Shown: in pieces, positions 20,214-27,834 of the stretch
How positions within the stretch are numbered: the first letter of the stretch is position 1
Layout of the letters: every line of letters starts with the position of its first letter
NCBI GenBank assembly: GCA_018812355.1
Contig: JAHJDQ010000122.1
Location: 1-34,317 of the forward strand
Length of the DNA: 34,317 nucleotides
Reading direction: 5' to 3'
Source of the DNA: Nanobdellota archaeon
Lineage (GTDB): Archaea > Nanobdellota > Nanobdellia > Woesearchaeales > GW2011-AR9
The notes under the pieces: generated by a model
Told to the model about the DNA's origin: nothing
Database searches by the model: none
Seen by the model: the letters and a program-made list of their open reading frames with translations, nothing else
Translations under genes and position numbers: made by a program

Positions 20214-20852
20214 TTATAAAGGTTGTGGTTTTTTAGCATTTTCCATCGCTTTTTTAATCTCATCTTGAGCAGATTTTTCTCGTTCTTCCCGTTCCTGTAA
20301 CATTTCCACTTCTTCTGCTTCTTTCTCTACTCCCTCGGCTTCTTCTAATACCTCTTTGGGAACTAATTTCAAGAAAGCCATTTTCGCTTCTGCACTGGGT
20401 AAATCAAAATATTCAAAGAATTTTTTAGTTAACTTGACTTTATAGGTTCTTCCAAAACGTTCTTTTTCAATAAAACCTTGTTCAACTAACTCCCGCATAT
20501 GTTCATACGCTCCACTACCCCTTAGTTTAACAACATCAGACTGCACAATTGGATACTTCCAAGCTACTACTGCCAAAGTCTCCATTAACGGCCCTTCTAA
20601 CTCAGTCGAAGAAACCAGATTACTAACCAAAGGAATAAACTCATCCTTGACGGTTAATTTCCAACCCTCTGCTCTTTTTTCAATCCTTAACGCATTGTCA
20701 TTATTTTCATAATCTTTAACCAAATCCTGCACGGTTTGATTTGTTTCTTTTAAATTAAGAACACATAACACTGCTAATCTCTCCGTAGAAATCTCTTTAC
20801 CTACCGCAAAAAGTACCGCTTCAACTCTTTTTTTTTGCTCTACTTTACTCAT
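20214..20852 (-). CDS. scpB: SMC-Scp complex subunit ScpB
   Basis: VEAVLFA, GWKL, ETLAVVAWK.P..QSDVVKLRG, H...LVE.GFI, Y..T.KF.EYF.L. Confidence 0.93.
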   Translation of the reverse strand: MSKVEQKKRVEAVLFAVGKEISTERLAVLCVLNLKETNQTVQDLVKDYENNDNALRIEKRAEGWKLTVKDEFIPLVSNLVSSTELEGPLMETLAVVAWKYPIVQSDVVKLRGSGAYEHMRELVEQGFIEKERFGRTYKVKLTKKFFEYFDLPSAEAKMAFLKLVPKEVLEEAEGVEKEAEEVEMLQEREEREKSAQDEIKKAMENAKKPQPL

Positions 20853-21421
20853 TTTCCTTTTAAAGAATATTTCCCTTCTTTTAAATCTATTTCTCCTTTA
20901 TCGATCATCTGATCCAAGAAATCTTCCAATTTATCTTTCGTTAATCCGGTTAAACCGCTTAATTGTGGTGAAGTCAACTCTCCCTTACTCAGTAAAACCG
21001 TAACGTAATTTTTCAATAAGCCACCCATATTTTTCTTCATGAATTCATTCTCCGCCCGCAATTGTTTCGCTACTAAATCAATCTGATGTAATCTCGCTTG
21101 TAAATCATTTAAGAAATTAGAAAAATCGCCGCTAGTAAAAGGCATCTTTGCTGGCTCAAGTACTTCCACAATCGAAGGCATATAATTAAAACAAAATCCG
21201 ACGATGTTTTGTATTTTATCTGTTTTTATTTCCAACTCCGCAAAAGTAGCCCATAACCCTTCTTCATCGTGTTTCTTAATTTCAGCAAACTCTTCACTAA
21301 TTATTTGATAATCTTTATCTTTTTTGATATTAGAAATGTACTCTTTAATTGACTTCTCGACATGCTCTTGTGGCTTACCAACAACCTCCAGTACCACTCT
21401 AAAAACAATCTCTCCTTCCAT
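20849..21421 (-). CDS. Hypothetical protein: alpha/beta N-domain, coiled coil, C-terminal winged helix
   Basis: 190-aa ORF with ATGA overlap to scpB; C-terminal LTSPQLSGLTGL....LEDFLDQM...GEI....GKYSL resembles wHTH. Confidence 0.75.
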   Translation of the reverse strand: MEGEIVFRVVLEVVGKPQEHVEKSIKEYISNIKKDKDYQIISEEFAEIKKHDEEGLWATFAELEIKTDKIQNIVGFCFNYMPSIVEVLEPAKMPFTSGDFSNFLNDLQARLHQIDLVAKQLRAENEFMKKNMGGLLKNYVTVLLSKGELTSPQLSGLTGLTKDKLEDFLDQMIDKGEIDLKEGKYSLKGK

Positions 21422-21481
21422 ACATCTCAGAATTGTAAGGGGTTTTTAAGTGTTTTGGAAAACTAAATTATCATAACCCTC

Positions 21482-23686
21482 TCACTTCTTCCATAACACC
21501 ACAATCATCAATAAAATAAAAGTAACTACAAGAATATAAGGAATCAACTCCCGCGCTTTCTCTGAACTTGATTCATAAACAACCACGCCACCAGTTAAAC
21601 TGCTCCCCATTCTGCTTTTAGAAGACAAAGGTGAACTAAGCTCCAATCCCCCCTCTTCACTAGCTAAAGAAACAACTTGCTCTTCTTTCTTAACCTCTTC
21701 CTCAACTTCAACAAAAATACTCTCCGTCATTTCCTTATCCGTTTTCTGACCATCTTTATTCAATTTCACTTTTAATTTATACTCACCTTCTTCCATCTCA
21801 AGATCAGCTTTCATTAACAACTCAACAATCTTAATTTCATTTTCCCTTAACTTAATCTGTTGTAGATTACTTTCCCGCTCACCATCTTGACAAGAATAAC
21901 ATTTACTTCCACGATAGAGATAACTCCAGATATTATAATCATGCTCTTTAGCATCACCAACTAACTGTACTTTAACCTTAAACAACTCTTCTGGAAAAAC
22001 TGAACTAGGTAGCTCAACAATCTCATATGCATTCGCTTTCACTTCCTTCTCTACAGCTTTCTCAATCTCTTTTAAGTAATCCAAATAATCTTTGCAAACT
22101 TCTTCATCAACATCAACCACTTCTAATTCTTTCTCCGCTCTTAAGTCAAACGCTTCCAAAACTAAAGTTGCCTGACCATCCTCAACTTTTTGATTACAGT
22201 TAGGAATCAATTGAATTGGTAAAGTCAAAGTATAATCTTTGTATTCATCATAAAGACTAAATTTAGTTGTTGTACTAATTTTCTCACCACCTTTTTCAAG
22301 ATAAAGCTGCACCGAATACTTACTTTCTGAACCTTTGTAAATTTTTATCTCCGCTCTAAACTGATCTCCCCATTCTACTTCTTCATCATTTCCCAAATAT
22401 AAAGATTCAATTGACAAAGAAGAATCTAGTTCTTTATACTGAGGATTAATTGCAATTAATTTAGTTACTTGATTATCATTTAATTCCTGATCACTACAAC
22501 TCAATCCCTCTAACAAAAAACTAATCTGATAAATCCCCTCTTCTAAATTAGGAGTATATCCTTTCGTACGTTCTGTAGTCACAACAGTATCCGTCCAAGG
22601 GGAATATTCTTTCACTAAACCTCCAAAAACATCTTCAATTTTTCCTTTAACAGAAATCTCTTCTGCCTCTCCATACTCACGCTGAACTGTAACATTAAAC
22701 TCTAAATCTTCTCCCTGAAAAATTGAATTGCTCATCTCTAACTCCAATTTCCAATCGCAACCAGCCGTATAAACATTCTCCTCTCCCGGAGTAGGAGCAA
22801 CTTTAAACCAACCACCCGAAAATTTACCCCAACTCGTCCCTTCCACTGCATCAGAAAAACTGACCTCATCAATTAACACACTCTCCACAACAGGATAACC
22901 ATTATACAACCTAACTTCATCTTCCAAATTATTATTCAATTCAAAGTCTCCATCCGAATCACGATAAACAACCGTATAACAACCAACACATAACTCCAGA
23001 TTTTCAACATTTACTGAAGTAACCCTCAGCTCATGATCATCATAATTATCGTACAATACCAACCCTCCTAAATAAACAACATTCTCACCAGAATTATACA
23101 ACTCCACCCACTCGCCCAAAGGCTTAGCGAGATCATCATTGTCTAAAGGGTCAGGCATAAATTCCGTGATTTCTAACGCCGAATAATCATAACTAAAATC
23201 ATAAACACTATTCTCTCGCCCTGGAGTTCCCCCCTCAAGCAAACTTTCCTTCCACTCACCATCTTTATTTTTTTCTAAAGTCTTGCCATTACCATCAGCT
23301 CCCCATTCAGCAAGATAATTAACTGAATCAATCACAGAATTATTCGTATCAAACAAAGTTATTTCGTCGCCATCATTACCTAGCCCATTGCCAATTGTTG
23401 CTCCAGCAGAATAAATTGAAGCATTAAAGTTAGTATTGTTAAATCCTTCTTCAACAATTAAAGCATAATTAGAATTAATATAGTTAATTTCGATTAGAAT
23501 GTCATTAGAACTTTCATCGGCGATAATAAAACCGCTTAAATTAAGATAATTTTCAAAATAGATTTCAATAAATTCATTATTATTATCACTTCCTTCCGAA
23601 TCATACATCAATTCATTAATCTCTATTGCTAGAGAACTAAAACTAAATAAAATTACTATTAACAACACCGATTTAACCCCTAACAT
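21482..23686 (-). CDS. Secreted, membrane-anchored acidic protein with two lamin-tail domains
   Basis: Signal peptide; two repeats I(N/T)E.M.D...D...E(F/W)(I/V)E(I/L)Y...TPG.EN; C-terminal TM helix ending WKK. Confidence 0.85.
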   Translation of the reverse strand: MLGVKSVLLIVILFSFSSLAIEINELMYDSEGSDNNNEFIEIYFENYLNLSGFIIADESSNDILIEINYINSNYALIVEEGFNNTNFNASIYSAGATIGNGLGNDGDEITLFDTNNSVIDSVNYLAEWGADGNGKTLEKNKDGEWKESLLEGGTPGRENSVYDFSYDYSALEITEFMPDPLDNDDLAKPLGEWVELYNSGENVVYLGGLVLYDNYDDHELRVTSVNVENLELCVGCYTVVYRDSDGDFELNNNLEDEVRLYNGYPVVESVLIDEVSFSDAVEGTSWGKFSGGWFKVAPTPGEENVYTAGCDWKLELEMSNSIFQGEDLEFNVTVQREYGEAEEISVKGKIEDVFGGLVKEYSPWTDTVVTTERTKGYTPNLEEGIYQISFLLEGLSCSDQELNDNQVTKLIAINPQYKELDSSLSIESLYLGNDEEVEWGDQFRAEIKIYKGSESKYSVQLYLEKGGEKISTTTKFSLYDEYKDYTLTLPIQLIPNCNQKVEDGQATLVLEAFDLRAEKELEVVDVDEEVCKDYLDYLKEIEKAVEKEVKANAYEIVELPSSVFPEELFKVKVQLVGDAKEHDYNIWSYLYRGSKCYSCQDGERESNLQQIKLRENEIKIVELLMKADLEMEEGEYKLKVKLNKDGQKTDKEMTESIFVEVEEEVKKEEQVVSLASEEGGLELSSPLSSKSRMGSSLTGGVVVYESSSEKARELIPYILVVTFILLMIVVLWKK

Positions 23687-23780
23687 AATTCTAGAATATC
23701 TTTAAACCTTAAATAGTTTTAGATTCACTATTATACAATACTAAAGAAAGTTTTTAAACACATTTGCTTTATAATGAGGG

Positions 23781-24230
23781 ATGGGTTGGTTATTTGGTAA
23801 AAAAAAAGTTCCTAAGGTACCCCTACCGCCAGGGAGATTAGTAGATAAAGATTCTTTAAATTTTCCTAATAAAGTTCCTTCTGAAAAAGTGATTGGACCA
23901 GAACATTTCAAAAGTGCAGTTGGTGTGGATAAACCTCTGCCACATTTGAAATCAGAAGCACAAAAGAAAGTTTCTAAACCAATTAAAAAACCAAAATTGC
24001 CAGTAATGAGACATGTGGGAGGTCCTTTGTTTGTGAAAGTTGATGTTTATCAACAGATATTAGGAGAATTAGATGGCCTTAAACACGATTTAACTGAATT
24101 AGGTCATGCTAATAAAAATTTAGAAAAATCAGAATTTAATGAAGAAGAAAAATTTAAACACCTCCAGAACACTATCAAAGTTGTTCATGATCGTTTGATG
24201 GAAAGTGATAAAATAATCTTTAAAGGGTGA
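23781..24230 (+). CDS. Hypothetical coiled-coil protein with PLFVKVD motif
   Basis: MGWLFGKKK N-terminus, Pro/Lys-rich linker, C-terminal helical hairpin; TATA-like TTTTTAAA about 25 bp upstream. Confidence 0.8.
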   Translation: MGWLFGKKKVPKVPLPPGRLVDKDSLNFPNKVPSEKVIGPEHFKSAVGVDKPLPHLKSEAQKKVSKPIKKPKLPVMRHVGGPLFVKVDVYQQILGELDGLKHDLTELGHANKNLEKSEFNEEEKFKHLQNTIKVVHDRLMESDKIIFKG

Positions 24231-24236
24231 GACAAG

Positions 24237-24464
24237 ATGGAAAATATGCCTGTTTTTGTAAAAGTTGATGAATATGAGGATGTGCTTAGTTTAGTACAAA
24301 CTATTCGAAAGAAAATTGATGACGCTAAAGATACACTTCTTAAGATTAATGATCTTAAGAATGAGGAAGATCATCAATTAGAGATGTGGCAAAACACATT
24401 AGCTGAAGTAGAGAAAAAAGTTGATTTTATTGATCATTCGTTGAGTGAGCCAGAACATTTTTGA
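24237..24464 (+). CDS. Hypothetical coiled-coil protein with PVFVKVD motif (paralogue of the upstream gene's C-domain)
   Basis: PVFVKVDEYEDVL aligns with PLFVKVDVYQQIL; GGGTGA RBS overlapping the upstream stop. Confidence 0.82.
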   Translation: MENMPVFVKVDEYEDVLSLVQTIRKKIDDAKDTLLKINDLKNEEDHQLEMWQNTLAEVEKKVDFIDHSLSEPEHF

Positions 24465-24466
24465 AA

Positions 24467-24934
24467 ATGACCAAGCATAAGACTGCGCATCGAAAGAGAA
24501 CCCATAAATATACCCCTAGGCATCATACCTCTAAACCTAAAGAAAAAGAGCCAAATTATATGGTACAGATTAATGAACCTAATGTTTTAAGAAAAGATAT
24601 CTTAGAAGGATTAAAAGAAACTATCATTTTTATGCAAGGTTATGCTGAATTTAAAACCATTCAAATAGAAAAAGTTGATCTTTACGGTTTTTTAAAAGAT
24701 CAAATTAAAGAATTGCAAGGACTAGTTAATAATCTTAAAAAATATTTACCACAAGGTAAATTAGAACTCGTCGTGCCAGGAGAAAAGAAACGATTAATAA
24801 ATCCAGTGGCTAAAACAGTGAACCACGTCCCACCCTCAACAAGGACGGATCACCCAACATCTGTAGCAAGTGAATTAGATGAACTGGAAATATCGTTAAA
24901 AGATATTGAAAGTCAGCTGCAAACACTGAATTAA
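24467..24934 (+). CDS. Hypothetical coiled-coil protein
   Basis: Basic His-rich N-terminus, YMVQINEP..LRKDILE, C-terminal ELDELE.SL.DIE..L helix. An alternative TTG start lies at 24461. Confidence 0.75.
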   Translation: MTKHKTAHRKRTHKYTPRHHTSKPKEKEPNYMVQINEPNVLRKDILEGLKETIIFMQGYAEFKTIQIEKVDLYGFLKDQIKELQGLVNNLKKYLPQGKLELVVPGEKKRLINPVAKTVNHVPPSTRTDHPTSVASELDELEISLKDIESQLQTLN

Positions 24935-24953
24935 TTTTCTTTTTTACAATAAT

Positions 24954-24961
24954 TTTATAAA
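24954..24961 (+). promoter_or_regulatory. TATA box of tRNA-Leu
   Basis: TTTATAAA ending 26 bp before tRNA position 1. Confidence 0.7.
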
Positions 24962-24986
24962 ACAATTCGAGTATTTTCTATGATAT

Positions 24987-25088
24987 GTGCGCGTGCCGGA
25001 GTGGTCAAACTCTTGATGAGGACTAAACGGACTGGACTCAAAATCCAGTGACTTAGTGTCTACGCAGGTTCGAGCCCTGCCGCGCACA
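24987..25088 (+). tRNA. tRNA-Leu(CAA) with an 18-nt D-loop intron; CCA not encoded
   Basis: Acceptor GTGCGCG/CGCGCAC+A, anticodon arm CTGGA-CT CAA AA-TCCAG (CAA at 25039-25041), long variable arm, T arm GCAGG-TTCGAGC-CCTGC; 84 nt after splicing. Confidence 0.95.
25009..25026 (+). other. Non-canonical tRNA intron (position about 21/22) with BHB-type motif
   Basis: Helix GGTC/GACT flanked by two AAA bulges, inner stem CTC/GAG; removal restores GAGTGGTCAAACGG. Confidence 0.85.
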
Positions 25089-25120
25089 TTTCTTTTTTGC
25101 ATTCACGTAGTTGAGGGTTG

Positions 25121-25141
25121 ATAAGGGCAGACTGCCCTTAT
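25121..25141. repeat. Perfect inverted repeat (10-bp arms, 1-nt spacer)
   Basis: ATAAGGGCAG-A-CTGCCCTTAT. Confidence 0.9.
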
Positions 25142-25146
25142 GCGCG

Positions 25147-25215
25147 GTGCTTACGCAGGTTCGAGTGACATTAAATCACGTTAGGGATTTATGGCCGAAT
25201 ACCCTGCTACCCACA
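25147..25215 (+). tRNA. Orphan tRNA-Leu-like 3' half with a 36-nt T-loop intron (25166-25201); split-tRNA half or relic; 5' boundary approximate
   Basis: GTGCTTAC-GCAGG-TTCGAG[intron]C-CCTGC-TACCCAC-A followed by T9; canonical BHB; no D arm, anticodon arm or GTGGGTR 5' strand adjacent. Confidence 0.75.
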
Positions 25216-25267
25216 TTTTTTTTTAATTTGTAGGTATCTTTTTAAACCAAAACGAAATAACTAACCC

Positions 25268-26608
25268 ATGCCCATAGAAATATGTACAATTAGCGGTTAT
25301 TCTGTTACTGGAGGAAATTCTACTGCAATTAAAATCGATGACGAAGTTGTTATTCTCGATATGGGCCTACATATGGAAAATTATATCCGTTATACTGAAA
25401 ACGAAGATATTCGTAAACTTACTTATCCAGAATTGCTAAAAGTTAAAGCTGTTCCTGATTACAAATTAATCAAAGATTGGCGTAAGAATGTTATTGGGAT
25501 CATACCCAGCCACGGCCATCTTGATCATATCGGCGCAATCCCTTTCTCCGCCGATTTATTTCCTAATGCTCCAGTTATCTGTACGCCTTATACTGCCGAA
25601 GTATTAAGAAGTATTTTCCAAGATGAACGAATTAAAATACCTAATCAACTGATTCCACTTAACCTTAACTCAATCTACAAACTCTCGGAAAAGATACAAG
25701 TAGAGTTAGTTAACGTTACCCATTCCATTCCGCACGCTTCTTTAATTGTTTTACATACTCCCTATGGAAAAATTGTTTACGCTAATGATTATAAGTTTGA
25801 TCGACAACCCACCTTAGGCAAGAAACCTAATTTTGAAAGATTAAAACAAATTGGCGAAGAAGGTGTTTTATTATTAATTGTGGAATCACTCTATGCTCAT
25901 GAAGACCGGAAAATGCCTTCCGAATCCGTGGCTAAACAAATGTTAAAAGATGTTATGTTAGGAGTACATGCTGACGGAAAAGCAATGTTTGTGACAACTT
26001 TTTCTTCCCACCTTGCTAGACTCAAAAGTATCGTTGAACTTGGTAAAAAACTAAACCGTGAGATTATTTTTATTGGAAGATCACTTTCTAAGTACGTTAC
26101 CGCTGGACAAAGAATTGATTTAATTAATTTTGAAAACGATGTTAAGATCTTCAAACACCGTGATAAAGTTGAAAAAATTCTTAACAAAATAATGCGCGAA
26201 GGAAAAGAAAAATACTTGATTGTTTGTACCGGCCATCAAGGCGAACCTAAAGCGGTTCTATCCCGTTTATCAAGAAAAGAACTTCCTTTTAAATTTAATA
26301 ATGGTGATGTCGTTATCTTCAGCTGCTCCGTCATTCCGGTTGAACTAAACAAAGACAACCGTGACAAATTAGAAAAACAATTAAGAAGCCACGGAGTAAG
26401 AATTTTTCGCGATATTCATGTTTCTGGTCACGCCGCCCGCGAAGACCATCGTGACTTGATCGAATTGATCAAACCGAAACATATCCTCCCCTCTCACGGA
26501 GGAAAAGAAAAAGCCGCTGCCATGGTCAACTTAGCTCAAGAAATGGGCTTCCACCAAGGTAAAACTGTCCATGTGATGAGTAATGGAAAAAGACTAACCT
26601 TAAAGTAG
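25268..26608 (+). CDS. rnj: Ribonuclease J (archaeal beta-CASP)
   Basis: LDMG, SHGHLDHIGA, VTHSIP, DYKFD, TTFSSHLAR, TGHQGEP, HVSGHA, PSHG. Confidence 0.95.
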   Translation: MPIEICTISGYSVTGGNSTAIKIDDEVVILDMGLHMENYIRYTENEDIRKLTYPELLKVKAVPDYKLIKDWRKNVIGIIPSHGHLDHIGAIPFSADLFPNAPVICTPYTAEVLRSIFQDERIKIPNQLIPLNLNSIYKLSEKIQVELVNVTHSIPHASLIVLHTPYGKIVYANDYKFDRQPTLGKKPNFERLKQIGEEGVLLLIVESLYAHEDRKMPSESVAKQMLKDVMLGVHADGKAMFVTTFSSHLARLKSIVELGKKLNREIIFIGRSLSKYVTAGQRIDLINFENDVKIFKHRDKVEKILNKIMREGKEKYLIVCTGHQGEPKAVLSRLSRKELPFKFNNGDVVIFSCSVIPVELNKDNRDKLEKQLRSHGVRIFRDIHVSGHAAREDHRDLIELIKPKHILPSHGGKEKAAAMVNLAQEMGFHQGKTVHVMSNGKRLTLK

Positions 26609-26669
26609 ACTAGACAACAACAAATTTTATAAAGAAATCTTTCTCTGAACAATTCGAGGGTGTTAAATA

Positions 26670-27416
26670 ATGAAATTAGTTTTAGCTGAGCCAAAATACT
26701 TTAAAGATAGTATTGGAATTATTTCTGAACTAGTCAGTGAAGTTAAATTTAAAGCTAGCCCAGATGGTCTGGAATTGGTAGCGATGGATCCAGCTAATGT
26801 CGCAATGGTCATTTTTAAGCTTCTCAGTAGTTGTTTTACCCAATATGAAATTAAAGAAGCAGAAGAAATCGCTATTAATTTAAGTAATCTCAAACAAATT
26901 TTAAGACGAGCTAAAAGTGAAGATACCCTTTCTTTAGAAACCACTGATGATGGAAAATTAAAGATTCAATTAAAAAGTAATACTACCCGCTCATTTTCTA
27001 TTCCCACTTTGGAATTAGATGACAAGGAACAAAGAGTACCAGAATTAACTTTTCCTTTAGCTATTCACACTAAATCTAGTATTTTGGCGGAAGCAATTGA
27101 AGATGTTTCTGTTGTCGCTGAATCTGTAACTTTTTTAGGCGAGAAAGAACAACTTTCTGTTAAGGCTGAGGGAGATTTATCTAAAGCTTTCATTGAAATT
27201 AAGCCCGATGATCAAACCGCCATCAATACCGAAAGTACTGATAAACATAAAGCCAAATATTCATTAGAATACTTAAAAAAGATGATTGCCGGTGGAAAAT
27301 TGAGTGATCAAGTTTCTCTCTATTTCAATACAGATTATCCACTGAAATTAGAGTATAAAGTCACTGATCGACTTCTCTTAAGCTTTATTCTTGCTCCGAG
27401 AGTAGATAATGATTGA
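26670..27416 (+). CDS. pcn: DNA polymerase sliding clamp PCNA
   Basis: LVAMDPANVAMV, KYSLEYLKKM, DYPLKLEY, FILAPRV. Confidence 0.97.
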   Translation: MKLVLAEPKYFKDSIGIISELVSEVKFKASPDGLELVAMDPANVAMVIFKLLSSCFTQYEIKEAEEIAINLSNLKQILRRAKSEDTLSLETTDDGKLKIQLKSNTTRSFSIPTLELDDKEQRVPELTFPLAIHTKSSILAEAIEDVSVVAESVTFLGEKEQLSVKAEGDLSKAFIEIKPDDQTAINTESTDKHKAKYSLEYLKKMIAGGKLSDQVSLYFNTDYPLKLEYKVTDRLLLSFILAPRVDND

Positions 27417-27453
27417 TTGGAATGATCGAAATAATAATAAAATTACTAACAGT

Positions 27454-27729
27454 TTAAACACCTAATTTTTTTCTTTTATAGTATATCAAAAAGACAATAA
27501 GATACACTTCCGCAGTAATTATTCCGATAAAATATTTGAATATTAATGGAGGTTGATCTATTAGATAGGCATAAGTTAACGCAACAACATTAGCAATAAG
27601 ATAAGTTACAAACAATAGTAAACTTACTCCTTTGATATCTTTTAATTTTATGGTCTTAGTAATTTGCGGAATTAGCATTACTGAAAACAAAATAGTCGCT
27701 ACCCATCCTAAGATTGATGTTAAATCCAT
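27454..27729 (-). CDS. PQ-loop / SemiSWEET family membrane protein
   Basis: LGWVA......LIPQI.KTIK.K..KGVS, three TM helices. Confidence 0.85.
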   Translation of the reverse strand: MDLTSILGWVATILFSVMLIPQITKTIKLKDIKGVSLLLFVTYLIANVVALTYAYLIDQPPLIFKYFIGIITAEVYLIVFLIYYKRKKLGV

Positions 27730-27834
27730 AATTAGCAGTAATCTGGTATTCTTTTTTTAAGAAAGTAGAAACTACGTTCCACAAATAAACAATTTTGAAA
27801 CAATCTTTATAAAAGAAGCTTCTAAATTACCCCT

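Noticed and set aside
25061-25165. attL/attR pair of an integrated element at tRNA-Leu
   Set aside because: The repeats are only about 90 bp apart, there is no integrase, and the acceptor strands differ.
25216-25267. Permuted tRNA (5' half downstream of the orphan 3' half)
   Set aside because: Only GTAGGTA loosely resembles the needed strand; no D or anticodon arm follows, and the region is the rnj promoter.
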